NCBI GenBank assembly: GCA_965209055.1
Contig: OZ242374.1
Span: forward strand, 4,192,001-4,256,000
From: Acidobacteriota bacterium
Lineage (GTDB): Bacteria; Acidobacteriota; UBA6911; RPQK01; JAJDTT01
Length of the DNA stretch: 64,000 bases
Direction: 5' to 3'
Part shown: positions 1 to 11,243 of the stretch, piece by piece
Layout: every line of letters starts with the position of its first letter
How positions within the stretch are numbered: the first letter of the stretch is position 1
Position numbers and translations under genes: made by a program
Notes under the pieces: model-generated
Database searches by the model: none
Told to the model about the DNA's origin: nothing
What the model saw: only the letters and a program-made list of their open reading frames with translations

Positions 1-2
1 CC

Positions 3-539
3 TCCTTGAAGCTGGTGGAGGAGGAACCGGACTACCAGGCCCTGTCCCTGCCGTCGGCCGCTTTGCCGGATCCCCTGGAGGAGGAACAGGTCCTCTGGAG
101 CAAGCTGGAGATCAAACGGGGCCTGCCCATGCCCGAGCTGGCGCTGAAGACGCTTCCGGAGGGAGAGGAGGTCTCGCTTCCGCTGGAGAAGGGAACGTCG
201 TACCTGCTGAATCTCTGGGCCACCTGGTGCGGGCCGTGCCGGCGGGAGATGCCTGAGTTGGAAGCGGCCAAGGCCAAGCTGGAAGAGAACGGCATCCAGG
301 TGATCGGTCTCAGTCTCGACCAGGGGGTTCCCCTCTCAGACGTGGAATCATATGCCCGAGACTTGGGCGTGTCCTATCCGGTCTACCTGCTGGAACAGGA
401 GGATCTGAAGAAGATCTTCGCGGGAGACGAGATGTTCGTCCCGTTCTCGATCCTGGTGGACGAGGAAGGCCGGGTCGCCGACAGCACCGCCGGTTGGGGA
501 GAAGAGGCCAAACGCAAGCTGGATCGCCTTTGCCGGTAG
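3..539 (+). CDS. TlpA/ResA-like thioredoxin-domain protein (5' partial, probably the C-terminal domain of a longer protein)
   Basis: LNLWATWCGPCRREMP CxxC motif; reading frame is open from the window edge. Confidence 0.85.
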   Translation, partial: SLKLVEEEPDYQALSLPSAALPDPLEEEQVLWSKLEIKRGLPMPELALKTLPEGEEVSLPLEKGTSYLLNLWATWCGPCRREMPELEAAKAKLEENGIQVIGLSLDQGVPLSDVESYARDLGVSYPVYLLEQEDLKKIFAGDEMFVPFSILVDEEGRVADSTAGWGEEAKRKLDRLCR

Positions 540-592
540 GAAGGGGACTGTCAGGCCGTCGTGGCCCTTTCGGTAGAGCTACTGGATACCGT

Positions 593-790
593 TTATAGGC
601 GAACTCCAAGTCGTTCCAGCGCCTGTTTTTGCAACGGCGTCGGCCGGGTCACGATGGTGAAGTGACGGGCTCCGGGGATCTTCAGAACCACCCGATACCG
701 AACGATGGTCGCCAGATCCTCCAGCAGCGTTCGGAAGCTGTGCCCGGGCTGGCCGTCGGCCATGCGTTTGGACTAGGCTTTCTGTCAGGA
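593..790 (-). pseudogene. IS1634-family transposase C-terminal remnant
   Basis: Manual translation gives KA*SKRMADGQPGHSFRTLLEDLATIVRYRVVLKIPGARHFTIVTRPTPLQKQALERLGVRL*, which resembles the typical IS1634 C-terminus (HSFRTLLxDLAT...PTPLQ..AL..LGV); in-frame stop upstream. Confidence 0.75.
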
Positions 791-863
791 GGCCGGACTT
801 GGCGATGACGACACCGGCCTGTCGTTGGCACGTGTGCGCGTACTGAACGAGGAGTCATGAGCC

Positions 864-2600
864 ATGCCGAACGCCCTTCTCCTCTACCCGAAGCACCCAC
901 CCACCTACTGGGGCAACGATTACGCCTTGGACATCATGGGAATCAAATCGACACATCCGCCACTCGGCCTGCTCACCGTCGCCGCGATGTTCCCATCCCG
1001 GTACAACTTGCGCCTGGTCGACCTCAATGTGACTTCGCTCGAAGACACCGACTTGAAGTGGGCGGATCTCGTGTTCACATCGAGCATGATTCCGCAACGC
1101 CCCTCCCTCGAGCAGGTCGTTGAGCGCTGCAACCGCGCGCAGGTTCCCGTCGTTGCCGGCGGGCCGCATCCCACCACGTTTCATGAGGAAATGGAAGGCA
1201 TAGATCATTTCGTACTCGATGAGGTGGAGGAGATCTTTCCTGGATTCCTTCGCGACCTGGAAACCGGCACGGCCAAACCGGTCTACCGAGCCCCGAGGAA
1301 ACCGGATGTGACCCTGTCCCCGGTTCCCCGTTTCGACCTCATCAATATGAACGAGTATTACTCGATGTCCCTGCAGTTCTCCCGGGGATGTCCCTTCGAT
1401 TGCGAGTTTTGCGACATTACGAAGCTGTACGGCCGTGTGTCCCGAACGAAATCACCGGAACAGATGGTGGCCGAGTTCGACCAATTGTACGAGTTGGGCT
1501 GGCGGGGTCCGCTTTTTCTGGTCGATGACAACTTCATTGGCAACAAACGGGAAGTTTCAAGGCTTCTCCCTGTGATCGCCGAATGGCAAAAGGAGCATCG
1601 CTATCCCTATACACTGACCACCGAAGCGACCGTCAATCTCGTTCGGATGAACGACTTGATGGATGTCATGATCGAGGCTGGCTTCGAATCCGTCTTCATC
1701 GGCATCGAAACGCCCAACCCGGCGGCTCTCAAGAAGATGAAGAAGCCTCAGAACATCGACATGCGCGACGACAACTACTTGCTCACGGCTGTGCGCAAGA
1801 TTCAACAGAAGGGGATGCATGTTCTGGGCGGCTTCATCCTCGGCCTGGACGAAGACGATGAGAACGCGTTTGACGCCCAGATCGAATTCATTCAGGCAGC
1901 CGGGATTCCGATCTCACTGATCGGGTTGCTGACCGCACTCAAGGGAACCAACCTGTGGGACCGGCTGGAGCGCGAGAATCGGCTGTTGAACAAACCTGTC
2001 GAGATCGACGACACTGCCCTGAACTTCAAGCCGCAGATGGATCCCGGGGTATTGGTGGAAGGGTATCTCCGGGTCATCAGGACCATCTACGATGCAACGT
2101 TGGAGAACTATTTCGACCGCTGCCTGACCCTGCTCGACAACCTCAACCCCGTACCACACGTCTACAAGCCGGTAAGCAACCACATACTCTTGGCGGGAAT
2201 CATGCGGATCCGACGGCGCCTGACGCCGGAGCAGTTGCCGCCGTTTTCGCGCTATATCGCCCAAGTCTCCAGGAATCATCCTCGATTCCTGCTGCTCGCA
2301 ATCCGTCTGGCCGGCATGGGTCATCACTGCGAAAAATTCACGCGCCAGCAGACCGTTCTCCGTGGCTTCAAGGAGTACTTGAAATCAGAGTTGGCATCAT
2401 TCAATGAAGCCGGATGGGAGTCTGAATCGGCGCCGGGAATGCAGGACGAGTTCAGACAGGAGATGCTGAAACACGCAAATGCGCGCCAGAAGGCCATCCC
2501 CGATGAATTCCGTTTTTACGGGGACGGCATCTCCGAGGCTCTGACGGCTTTCCAGCATGCGTTGAGTCCGGAGGCTCCGTTGGCCTTGCCGGTCAAGTAG
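864..2600 (+). CDS. B12-binding domain radical SAM protein (DUF4070-type)
   Basis: N-terminal PPLGLLTVAA...GGPH cobalamin-binding region; SRGCPFDCEFC CxxxCxxC motif; VDDNF; GGAG RBS. Confidence 0.92.
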   Translation: MPNALLLYPKHPPTYWGNDYALDIMGIKSTHPPLGLLTVAAMFPSRYNLRLVDLNVTSLEDTDLKWADLVFTSSMIPQRPSLEQVVERCNRAQVPVVAGGPHPTTFHEEMEGIDHFVLDEVEEIFPGFLRDLETGTAKPVYRAPRKPDVTLSPVPRFDLINMNEYYSMSLQFSRGCPFDCEFCDITKLYGRVSRTKSPEQMVAEFDQLYELGWRGPLFLVDDNFIGNKREVSRLLPVIAEWQKEHRYPYTLTTEATVNLVRMNDLMDVMIEAGFESVFIGIETPNPAALKKMKKPQNIDMRDDNYLLTAVRKIQQKGMHVLGGFILGLDEDDENAFDAQIEFIQAAGIPISLIGLLTALKGTNLWDRLERENRLLNKPVEIDDTALNFKPQMDPGVLVEGYLRVIRTIYDATLENYFDRCLTLLDNLNPVPHVYKPVSNHILLAGIMRIRRRLTPEQLPPFSRYIAQVSRNHPRFLLLAIRLAGMGHHCEKFTRQQTVLRGFKEYLKSELASFNEAGWESESAPGMQDEFRQEMLKHANARQKAIPDEFRFYGDGISEALTAFQHALSPEAPLALPVK

Positions 2601-2674
2601 AAATACTCTTCAGTTGACTGAGGGACAGTCGGGACTGTTGGTCCGCCAGTCTTCGTCGGCAAGTTTGTCACAAC

Positions 2675-2730
2675 GGAGTGCGGCGGTAGGAAAACCGCCG
2701 CTCCACCGGCGACAAGACTGTCGCCGCTCC
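2675..2730. repeat. Pair of REP-like hairpins between convergent genes (possible terminator)
   Basis: GCGGCGGTAGGAAAACCGCCGCTCC and GGCGACAAGACTGTCGCCGCTCC. Confidence 0.65.
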
Positions 2731-2731
2731 C

Positions 2732-4183
2732 CTATGCGAGCAGCTTGTCCACCACGTGGCCGCCCACGTCCGTGAGGCGGAATTGGCGTCCCTGGAACTT
2801 GTAGACCAGCCGGGTATGGTCCAGACCCAGCAGATGGAGAATGGTTGCGTGCATATCGTGCATGTGGATGGGATCTTCCACGATATCGAATCCCAACTCG
2901 TCGGTCTTGCCCACGGTGGTTCCCGGCTTGGTGCCGCCGCCGGCCATCCACATGGTGAATGCGTACGGATGATGGTCTCGTCCCGGATACTTTCCGGGAT
3001 GCTCGTTCATGGGAGTCCGGCCGAATTCGCCGCCCCAGACCACCAGTGTGTCCTCCAGCAGGCCCCGGTCTTTCAGGTCCTTCACCAGGGCGGCTGAGGC
3101 CTGGTCGATCTCCAGGCAGCGGGTCTGCAACCCCTCCTTGTGGATGATGGACCCCGAGGCGATCAGTCCGTGGTGGTCCCATCCGTGGTGATAGAGCTGG
3201 ACGAAGCGGACGCCCCGCTCCACCAGGCGCCGGGCCAGGAGGCAGTTGTTGGCGAAGGATTCCTTTCCCGGCTCGGTCCCGTACATGCGGTGGATGTGCT
3301 CCGGTTCGCCGTTGATGTCCATCAGTTCGGGGACACTGGTCTGCATCCGGTAGGCCAATTCGTAGGAGGCGATGCGGGTCAGGATCTCCGGATCCCCCAC
3401 GGCCTCGTATTGCCGTTGATTGAGCTTCTTCAGAGTGTCAAGCGATTGGCGGCGAGCCTTGCGGGTCATCCATTCGGGATCGGACAAGAAAAGTACCGGA
3501 TCGCCCTGGGACCGGAACTGGACTCCCTGGTAGACGGTGGGAAGGAATGCAGGACCCCAGCACGAATTGCCGGCGAAGACCTCCACCGGACCCGATTGCA
3601 GGACCACGAAGCCCGGGAGGTCGCGGTTCTCGCTGCCCAGCCCGTAGGTCAGCCACGAACCCATGCTGGGCCGGCCGATGAGATGGTGCCCCGTGTTCAT
3701 GAACAATTGTGCCGGAGCGTGGTTGAACTGCTCCGCGTGGACCGACTTGACGATGGTCAGGTCGTCCACGACCTCGGCGAGGTGGGGCAGCAACTCCGAG
3801 ACCTCGCCCCCCGACTCACCGTATTGACCGAAAGAGTAGGGAGAAGCCAAGGCCTGAGGCGTCCCTCGCAAGAAGGCGAACCGTTTGCCGTCCAGCGTTC
3901 CCTCCGCGACGTTCTGGCCGTCCATTTCCGTGAGCCGCGGCTTGTTGTCGAACATGTCGAGCTGAGAAGGACCGCCCGACATGAAAAGGAAGATAACGTT
4001 CTTGGCCTTGGGTTCGAAGTGCCCCGCTTTCGGCGCCATGGGATGGCGGGCATCCGGGGCGGGCGCCGACAATAGCCGGTCGTCCAACATTCCGGCCAGG
4101 GCGATGGAACCGATGCTCATCCCTCCCCGGAAGAAAAAGTGACGGCGGGTGACGGCTTTCAAAAACTCCTGTCGGCTGTTCAT
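2732..4183 (-). CDS. DUF1501 domain protein (Tat-like N-terminus)
   Basis: [51 protein letters not shown] motifs. Confidence 0.93.
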   Translation of the reverse strand: MNSRQEFLKAVTRRHFFFRGGMSIGSIALAGMLDDRLLSAPAPDARHPMAPKAGHFEPKAKNVIFLFMSGGPSQLDMFDNKPRLTEMDGQNVAEGTLDGKRFAFLRGTPQALASPYSFGQYGESGGEVSELLPHLAEVVDDLTIVKSVHAEQFNHAPAQLFMNTGHHLIGRPSMGSWLTYGLGSENRDLPGFVVLQSGPVEVFAGNSCWGPAFLPTVYQGVQFRSQGDPVLFLSDPEWMTRKARRQSLDTLKKLNQRQYEAVGDPEILTRIASYELAYRMQTSVPELMDINGEPEHIHRMYGTEPGKESFANNCLLARRLVERGVRFVQLYHHGWDHHGLIASGSIIHKEGLQTRCLEIDQASAALVKDLKDRGLLEDTLVVWGGEFGRTPMNEHPGKYPGRDHHPYAFTMWMAGGGTKPGTTVGKTDELGFDIVEDPIHMHDMHATILHLLGLDHTRLVYKFQGRQFRLTDVGGHVVDKLLA

Positions 4184-4202
4184 GGGTGCCTTTTCCTGGG
4201 AC

Positions 4203-7200
4203 TCACGGTCGCGAGATGGTTTCATCCAAATTCAGGAGTACCTGAGCCACACTGGTCCAGGCCATGAAATCTCCGGTTTCCGCCTTCTCGCGCGCTTTTC
4301 CCGCATCCGGAGCGGATCCGGACAGGTTCTGCATTTGAAGCCGATAGAGGGCGGTCAGATCCTGAAGCTCTCCTGGTGACGGCCGGCGACCGACACTAAG
4401 GCGAAATCCGTGGGAGATCCGGTCGGCCGTTTCCGGACCCGTTTCCGAGATCATGCGGTGGGCCAGTCCCCGGGCGGCTTCCAGAAAGGTCTGGTCGTTC
4501 ATCAAGTTCAGCGCCTGCAGCGGCGTATTGGACCGGCTGCGGGCCACGCACGTGGACTCACGGCTGGGAGCGTCGAAATTGGCATAGAAGGGATAGGGAC
4601 GAATCCGCTTCAGGAAAGTGTAGAGTCCCCGCCGGTAGCGGTCGTCACCGCGACCCGTGATCCAGGTGTCCGCCACGTACAGGTTGTCCCAGAGCCCCTT
4701 GGGCTGAGGCGGAAAGACACTGGGACCGTAAGGCCTCAGACTGAGGAGTCCTGCGGTGCTCAGCGCGCTGTCCCGAATCATTTCGGCATCCATCCGGAAG
4801 CGCGGCCCACGGGCGTAGAACTGGTTGGAGGGGTCCTTTTCCCGCAGGACCTCTCCCATGCGGGAATCTTGACGATAGGTCGCCGATGTGACCATCAGAC
4901 GATGCATGGTCTTCATGGACCAATTCTGATCCACGAACTCGGTGGCGAGCCAATCCAGAAGCTCCGGATGCGTGGGTCGGTCGCCCTGCGTCCCCAGGTT
5001 TTCCGGCGTCGTGACCAGTGGCCGGCCGAAATGATCGGCCCAGAGCCGATTCATGGTGACCCGTCCCACCAGGGGGTTCTCCGGCGAGACGAGCCAGCGG
5101 GCCAGGGTCAGGCGATTGGGCGGCGTGTCGCTCTCGGGCAAGGCATGGAGCACCGAGGGGACGCCCGGATGGACCTCCTTGCCCGGGTCCAAAAAACTTC
5201 CCTTGACAAACAGATGGGTGGTCCGGGGCTTCTCCAGCTCCTTCATGACCAGGCTATTGGGCGAGGTCAACTGCTTCCAGAAGGCCAGAAGCTCGGAGAG
5301 CCGTTGCCGTTTCGGCGTCAGCAGGGGGGCAAAGCCGCGATAGTAGTCGTTCAGGATCCGGCGTTGGACCTCGGTCCTCCGGACGGGGGGAACGGCCAGG
5401 ACGCGTTCTGCCCGCGTCGGGAGCTTGACGTTCCGGGCCGGGTCCTGATCCCGGGTCACGGAAAAACGAAAACGGCCGATTGTTTTGCCCGGCTTCTCTC
5501 CCTCATGTCTCAGGCGGATGGTAAACCGGGTTCCACCCGAAAAGCCCAAGGGAGACTCGGACAGGAAAATGGCCTGGCGTTCGACCCTGTTCTCTTGCTT
5601 GGTCCCGCTGTTGGACCAGCCGGTGGTGGGGTCGCCGTCCAGGGCGCGGCGAATTCCCATGGTAACGGGATCGATCTCGGCCGCGGCGCCGCTGAACGCC
5701 ACCGGTGAGGAGGATCCCGAGGCGGCCAGAGGCTCCGCCACCACTTCAAACTCGGTCAAAATGAACTCCCCGTCGGAACTCCGGCTGGACCCGCCGTGGG
5801 GCAGGCTGGGATCCGTCAGGGTCTCCAGACGGATGGCGGTGATTCCCTCGACGTGGGTCTCGGTCACGACCACAAACGTTTCGCGCCCCGGCTTCGGTCC
5901 GGAAGCCAGCAGGGCACCGTCCCCCTGAAGGGTCAGTTCCGCGCCGCCCAGGGAGAAGTAGGTGACCGGATCCAGATCGCTCCAGGAGACCATCTCCGTG
6001 GCCGTTTGCGTCTCCCATTGAGTCCGCGCCGCCTCCAACTCCGGCGTGGAACGTTTCAATGCAGCCTTCAGCTCCACGATCTCCCGCTCGATTTCGGAGC
6101 GGTGAGAGGACAGATAGTCGGCGGGAGGCAGGGTGATGCTGGCGTTCTGCGGCCGGACCTTCGTCTTCGGGTTGTTCTCCTCCATCGTGTTGTTGAAGAA
6201 GGCGTACATCCCGAAGTACTCCTCCTGGGTGATGGGATCGTACTTGTGATCGTGGCACTGGGCGCAGGCAATGGTGCTCCCGAGCCAGACGGTTCCGGTG
6301 GTCTCGACCCGGTCCAGGATGGCCGCTACCCGGTACTCCTCCGGGTCGGTGCCACCCTCGGTGTTGATCATGGTGTTGCGGTGGAATCCGGTGGCGATCT
6401 TCTGCTCGGGAGTGGCGTCGGTCAGCAGGTCCCCCGCGATCTGCTCGATGGTGAACTGGTCGAAGGGCATGTCGGAGCTGATGGCCTTGATCACCCAATC
6501 GCGATAGAGCCACATGTTGCGCCGCCGGTCGTGGATGTAGCCGTTGGTGTCGGCATATCGGGCCAGGTCCAGCCAGGGCCGGGCCCAGCGCTCTCCGTAG
6601 CGGGGCGAGGCCAGGAGCCGGTCGACGAGTCGCTCGTAGGCCAGCGGACGCCGATCCTCGACGAAGGCGTCCACTTCCTCGGGAGTCGGCGGAAGCCCGA
6701 TGAGATCCAGGGTCACGCGGCGGATCAAGGTCTCCCGCGAGGCTTCCGGGGACGGCTCCAGGCCTTCCCGTTCCAACCGCTCCAGGACGAAGCGGTCGAT
6801 GGCATTGCGGACCCGGGACATATCTTTGACCTTCGGAAGGGAAGGACGGACCGGATTGACATAGGCCCAGTGCTTCTTGACGCCGTCGCCGGTTCCATCG
6901 ATGGCCTCGGTCCAGGGGGCTCCCTGGTCCAGCCAAGTCCGGATCATCTCGACCTGGTCGCGGGGCAGGGTACCTGTGAGAGGCATGGGAGACCCCGGGG
7001 CGTCGCCGACGATCTTCCGGTAGAGGAGGCTCGAGGAACCGTCGCCGGGAAGGATGGCCGGTCCGGACTGGCCCCCCTTCAGGGCCGCCTCCCGGGTATC
7101 CAGGCGAAGACCGTTCATGCTCTGGTCGGCGCCGTGGCACTGGTTGCAGCTGGCCTCGAGGATGGGGCGGATGTCGCGGGCGAAGTCGACGTCCCGGTCC

Positions 7201-7307
7201 GCGGAGGGCGGCGGGCCCGATCCGCTCATCAGGGCGACGGTGCTCATAATGCTGAGCACAAAGAGAGATGCCCAGGTTTGGAGCCTTCGGACTGGTGTCC
7301 AGCGCAT
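4203..7307 (-). CDS. PSD1/planctomycete cytochrome c protein (PSCyt1-DUF1549-DUF1553)
   Basis: CNQCH and CAQCH heme motifs; [17 protein letters not shown]; [11 protein letters not shown]; SNTPLQAL. Start codon uncertain. Confidence 0.92.
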   Translation of the reverse strand: MRWTPVRRLQTWASLFVLSIMSTVALMSGSGPPPSADRDVDFARDIRPILEASCNQCHGADQSMNGLRLDTREAALKGGQSGPAILPGDGSSSLLYRKIVGDAPGSPMPLTGTLPRDQVEMIRTWLDQGAPWTEAIDGTGDGVKKHWAYVNPVRPSLPKVKDMSRVRNAIDRFVLERLEREGLEPSPEASRETLIRRVTLDLIGLPPTPEEVDAFVEDRRPLAYERLVDRLLASPRYGERWARPWLDLARYADTNGYIHDRRRNMWLYRDWVIKAISSDMPFDQFTIEQIAGDLLTDATPEQKIATGFHRNTMINTEGGTDPEEYRVAAILDRVETTGTVWLGSTIACAQCHDHKYDPITQEEYFGMYAFFNNTMEENNPKTKVRPQNASITLPPADYLSSHRSEIEREIVELKAALKRSTPELEAARTQWETQTATEMVSWSDLDPVTYFSLGGAELTLQGDGALLASGPKPGRETFVVVTETHVEGITAIRLETLTDPSLPHGGSSRSSDGEFILTEFEVVAEPLAASGSSSPVAFSGAAAEIDPVTMGIRRALDGDPTTGWSNSGTKQENRVERQAIFLSESPLGFSGGTRFTIRLRHEGEKPGKTIGRFRFSVTRDQDPARNVKLPTRAERVLAVPPVRRTEVQRRILNDYYRGFAPLLTPKRQRLSELLAFWKQLTSPNSLVMKELEKPRTTHLFVKGSFLDPGKEVHPGVPSVLHALPESDTPPNRLTLARWLVSPENPLVGRVTMNRLWADHFGRPLVTTPENLGTQGDRPTHPELLDWLATEFVDQNWSMKTMHRLMVTSATYRQDSRMGEVLREKDPSNQFYARGPRFRMDAEMIRDSALSTAGLLSLRPYGPSVFPPQPKGLWDNLYVADTWITGRGDDRYRRGLYTFLKRIRPYPFYANFDAPSRESTCVARSRSNTPLQALNLMNDQTFLEAARGLAHRMISETGPETADRISHGFRLSVGRRPSPGELQDLTALYRLQMQNLSGSAPDAGKAREKAETGDFMAWTSVAQVLLNLDETISRP

Positions 7308-7489
7308 ACGCCAACCTCGATTCGGGGTGTCGCACGAGTATATCAACCCAGGGCGAGTATCGTCGCCAGGAGGAGGGACTGTTAGTCCCCCGTCTTCTTT
7401 TGCGCGTAATATCTTGAGGTTTCCCAAACCGGAACAGCGGGGGTAGGAAAACTCCGGCTCCCATTAGACAATAGGGAGAGGTTTCGACC

Positions 7490-8767
7490 ATGGCCATCGG
7501 ATTGAGACGCATCGGACCCGCGTTTATCGTGGGGGCCTGTATTATCGGACCGGGAAGCGTCACCCTGATGTCGCGAACCGGCGCGGTCTACGGCTACTCC
7601 ATGCTCTGGCTGGCCATCCTTGCCGGCGCCCTCATGGCGGGGTTTCTCGCCCTCTTCCTGCGATTCGGACTCTACTCACAAGAGACCTTTCTGGGACTGG
7701 CCTCCCGAAAGCTGGGCCCCTGGTTCGCCGTGGTCTGTGGCTTCTCCCTGGCCTCGGTGAACGCCACCTTCCAGTTCGGGAACAACCTGGGCGTCACCGC
7801 CGCCATGACCACGCTCTTTGGAGACGTCCCCAAGTTGGTCTGGCCGGTGGGATTCACGCTGCTCTCCATCGTCTTCCTCGCAGGCTTCCGGAACATCTAC
7901 CTGCTGCTGGAAAGGTTGATGACCTTCTTCCTGGTCTTCATGGTCCTGGCGTTCGCGGCCAACCTGCTGTGGGCCGGCCCCGACTGGTTGTCCGCCCTGA
8001 AGGGCGCGACCATCCCCAATATTCCGGAGGGCGCCGATTGGCTCACGTTAGGCGGCCTGGTGGCCACCACGTTCGTGATGGTGGCGGCCTTCTTCCAGGC
8101 CTACCTGGTCCGTGCCAAGGGCTGGAAGGAAGAAGATCTCTCCAGCGGCGTCACCGACACGGTGCTGGCGTCCGTTCTCTACACGGCCATCGGCTGCGTG
8201 ATCATGATGACTGCGGCCGCCGTTCTTTACCCGGACGGACGTGTGGACAGCGCTGCCGGCATGGCGATGCAACTGGAGGGCGTCTTCGGACCGTACGCCC
8301 GGATCATCTTCTGCGTCGGTTTCGGCACCGCAGCCTTCTCCAGCTTCGTGACCAACGCCATGGTCGGCGGGGTCCTGGTCAACGACGGGCTTGGCCTGGG
8401 GGGGAGGGTGAACTCTCCCACGACCAAGCTCATCGCAGGGATCATCCTGGTCATCGGCATGGCCACCGCCGTCGCCATCCTCCAGACCGAGGCAACGGCA
8501 GACGCGGCGGCCGCGTCGGGATCCGTAGCCAAGAGCCAGTTGGAGATCCGTGCCCTCGCCTTGGCCCAGGCCCTGACCCTGCTGGCGATGCCCCTGGGCG
8601 TACTGGCCACGTTGCTGGCCTTCTTCGACCGGGACGCCATGGCGCGGCGTCCGTTGTCGCTGCCGGAACGGGCCTTCGTCCTCGTGGGCGTAACCGTCCT
8701 GCTGGCAATTGCCGGCATGACGGCCCTAAGGGTGATTCCGATGATTTCGGAAATTGTGTGGGGTTAG
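7490..8767 (+). CDS. NRAMP-like divalent metal transporter
   Basis: IGPAFIVGACIIGPGSVT...GAVYGYSMLW, FQFGN; about 11 hydrophobic segments. Confidence 0.85.
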   Translation: MAIGLRRIGPAFIVGACIIGPGSVTLMSRTGAVYGYSMLWLAILAGALMAGFLALFLRFGLYSQETFLGLASRKLGPWFAVVCGFSLASVNATFQFGNNLGVTAAMTTLFGDVPKLVWPVGFTLLSIVFLAGFRNIYLLLERLMTFFLVFMVLAFAANLLWAGPDWLSALKGATIPNIPEGADWLTLGGLVATTFVMVAAFFQAYLVRAKGWKEEDLSSGVTDTVLASVLYTAIGCVIMMTAAAVLYPDGRVDSAAGMAMQLEGVFGPYARIIFCVGFGTAAFSSFVTNAMVGGVLVNDGLGLGGRVNSPTTKLIAGIILVIGMATAVAILQTEATADAAAASGSVAKSQLEIRALALAQALTLLAMPLGVLATLLAFFDRDAMARRPLSLPERAFVLVGVTVLLAIAGMTALRVIPMISEIVWG

Positions 8768-8774
8768 TCGAACA

Positions 8775-9135
8775 TCAATCGGAACTTCCGTGCTGCCGCT
8801 CGTCCTTCAACAGGAATTCAATCTCACGTCGAAGCGTCGGCAGATGAGTCTCAACGACATCCCAGACCAGCCGATCGTCTACATCTGCGTAGCCATATCA
8901 GAACGTTTCGAAAGGCAATGATCCGTTGATACTCACTGATTCGGCTGGCGAATTTTTCATCGAGTCTTGCAAGTTTCGCTACTGCTTCACCAATGACTTC
9001 GAATTTGGGCTCAACGGCAGCCTGCAGCATGGCGTCGCACTGATATTTCCGGAAGGATATGCCGACAGTAAACCTCGTGAGTAATTCGACGGCAGTCCGG
9101 ATATCGAACAGATTTTTCTTGACCTCAAGCCTCAT
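8775..9135 (-). pseudogene. HepT-like (DUF86/HEPN) toxin, frameshifted
   Basis: MRLEVKKNLFDI...IIAFRNVLI, then a frameshift; the alternative frame continues GYADVDDRLVWDVVETHLPTLRREIEFLL. Confidence 0.85.
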
Positions 9136-9433
9136 AGATCGGAGTCTTCGTCTCTTCGACAGATTGCCGAAAGTAGGGATTTCGGATGGCTGAGCCGACT
9201 ACGAGGTCCACGGGTCGTCCGAAGAGACCGGACAGACCTTCTAGAAGGCCGAAATAGGTGTCGGCATAGGCTCCGGAAGGGAGCCGCTGGAATTCAACCA
9301 GGAAATCGAGGTCGCTATCCTCCCTCAGATCGGGGAAGGTCGCGGCCGAACCAAACAATTCAAGCCTCCGTACACGGTAGCGAAGGCAAAGCTCCTCCAG
9401 TTCGGCGGTGTGCTTTTCAATGGCCCGAGTCAT
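9125..9433 (-). CDS. MNT minimal nucleotidyltransferase antitoxin
   Basis: LFGSAA...SDLDFLVEF, LFGRPVDLV, IRNPYF; overlaps the HEPN gene start. Confidence 0.9.
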   Translation of the reverse strand: MTRAIEKHTAELEELCLRYRVRRLELFGSAATFPDLREDSDLDFLVEFQRLPSGAYADTYFGLLEGLSGLFGRPVDLVVGSAIRNPYFRQSVEETKTPIYEA

Positions 9434-9661
9434 TGCAGGTTCCTCATTCCAACATGATAACCGCAATCGATCTGGATTCGCCGTCATCACCAAACTCAAA
9501 GGAGAACTTCGACCATCTACCTCTCATACTCACTCAAACGCTTTACTATCCCGGCTCCACTATGGGTCGAAGCAAATTGTGACGCGCTGTAGACTAAGTG
9601 CGGTAGCGACGGGGCCAGTGATCCCCCAAGCATGCCCGCGTAAGAGGGTAACGAACCAGCT

Positions 9662-11041
9662 ATGGAAACGGATGTTCGGGTCCTTGAGATCCAACCTTAC
9701 TTTACCCGGGAGCAGTCTCGGACGCCCCTGAAGTTCGGTGGCGTGGTGATGGATTCGGCCTGGCTGTGCCACGTTCGGGTCCTGGTGGAGAACCGGCGCG
9801 GAGAGAGAGGAGAAGGCTGGGGCGCCATCTTTCTTTCCGACGTCTGGGGCTGGCCCTCAAGCCGCGTGGACCATCCGCAGCGGGAGAACCTGATGGTCCA
9901 ACTCGTGCGTTCCTGGTGCCGGCGTCTCCGGGACGTACAGGATTTCTCCCACCCCATCGACCTCTTTTGGGAACTGGAGCCGGAATTGGAGACCCTGGCG
10001 CGAGACCTCTGCCGGGACGCGGGGGCCGCCGAGGAGATGCCCCGGCTCAATGCGCTCATCTGCGCATCGGCCGCCGACGCCGCCCTCCACGATGCCTTCG
10101 GGAACACGGCGGGCATCGACACCTACCTGGGATACGGCCCCGGGCACATGGACCACGATCTCTCCCGTTGGTTGGGGTCATCCTACGCGGGCCGCTATGT
10201 TGAGGATTTTCTCCATCCTTTGCCGGAACAGGTGGATGCCTTCCACCTGGTGGGGGGGATGGACAAGCTTTCGGAGGCCGAAGTCACGGAAGATGACCCC
10301 GACGACGGCCTTCCCGTTTCCCTGGACCAATGGATCCGCTACGAGGCGCTCCGCTGTCTGAAGGTCAAGCTGGTGGGGACCGACCTGGAGTGGGATCTCA
10401 ACCGGCTCCTGGAGGTCTATCGCCTGGCCCGTGCGGAGCAACGCCGCCTCGGTATCGATGAACTGTGGCTCACGGCGGACACGAATGAGATGTGCGACAC
10501 ACCCCAGTACATGGTGGAGCTTCTGGTGCGGTTGAGGGAAGAGAACCGGGCTGCGTTCGACTCTCTGCTCTACGTGGAACAGCCGTGCGAGAGGGATCTG
10601 CGAAAACGAATGTTGGACATGACGGAATTGCGGCAGATCAAGCCGGTGATCGTGGATGAGGCCCTGAGTTCGCTGGAGGATCTGGAACTGGCGTTGGAAC
10701 TGGGCTACAGCGGGCTGGCCTTGAAGACCTGCAAGTGCCAATCGGCCGAACTGGTGCTGGCATCCCGGGCGGCGGCGGCCGGCGTTCCGTTCGCGGTGCA
10801 GGATCTGACCAATCCGGGGATCGCGCTGCTTCAGTCGGCTGGGCTTGCCGGTAGGCTGCAGACCATACGGGGCGTGGAGTCCAACAGCCGCCAGTTCTTC
10901 CCCGCCAGCAGCGAACCGGAACGGACGGTCCATCCTGGATTCTTCAAGCTGGAGCAGGGAAGGATCCGCACGTCTACCCTTCGGGGGCCGGGACTCGGCT
11001 ACCAGTGGGACCGCATCGACCGCCGATTTGAAACCTCCTGA
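9662..11041 (+). CDS. Enolase superfamily (mandelate racemase/MLE-like) protein
   Basis: KVK motif; metal ligands in DTNE, EQP and DE; ALKTCK. Confidence 0.85.
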   Translation: METDVRVLEIQPYFTREQSRTPLKFGGVVMDSAWLCHVRVLVENRRGERGEGWGAIFLSDVWGWPSSRVDHPQRENLMVQLVRSWCRRLRDVQDFSHPIDLFWELEPELETLARDLCRDAGAAEEMPRLNALICASAADAALHDAFGNTAGIDTYLGYGPGHMDHDLSRWLGSSYAGRYVEDFLHPLPEQVDAFHLVGGMDKLSEAEVTEDDPDDGLPVSLDQWIRYEALRCLKVKLVGTDLEWDLNRLLEVYRLARAEQRRLGIDELWLTADTNEMCDTPQYMVELLVRLREENRAAFDSLLYVEQPCERDLRKRMLDMTELRQIKPVIVDEALSSLEDLELALELGYSGLALKTCKCQSAELVLASRAAAAGVPFAVQDLTNPGIALLQSAGLAGRLQTIRGVESNSRQFFPASSEPERTVHPGFFKLEQGRIRTSTLRGPGLGYQWDRIDRRFETS

Positions 11042-11063
11042 CGTCGTGGTAATCTGAATCCAA

Positions 11064-11171
11064 AGGAGCGGCGGCTTCTAGCCGCCGAACAGGAACGGCG
11101 GTTTCTAGCCGCCGAACAGGAACGGCGGTTTCTAGCCGCCGAACAGGAACGGCGGTTTCTAACCGCCGAAC
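11064..11171. repeat. Tandem array of four 27-bp palindromic (REP-like) units
   Basis: AGGAACGGCGGTTTCTAGCCGCCGAAC-type units starting at 11064, 11091, 11118 and 11145; no unique spacers. Confidence 0.92.
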
Positions 11172-11243
11172 TCCGACGTAACAAGGAACGGCCGTACAAA
11201 GGAATGGGCGATTAGGAAATCGCCCCTCCAAGGAGGATCAGCT

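Noticed and set aside
5746-7563. Long alternative-frame and antisense ORFs (e.g. 5746-7563, 5796-7385, 55212-57248, 59094-60947, 46294-47877)
   Set aside because: Shadow ORFs of high-GC genes; Arg/Pro/Gly-rich with no motifs, overlapping well-supported CDSs.
11064-11171. Possible CRISPR array
   Set aside because: The units are contiguous with no unique spacers and no cas genes are present; it is a tandem REP-like repeat.
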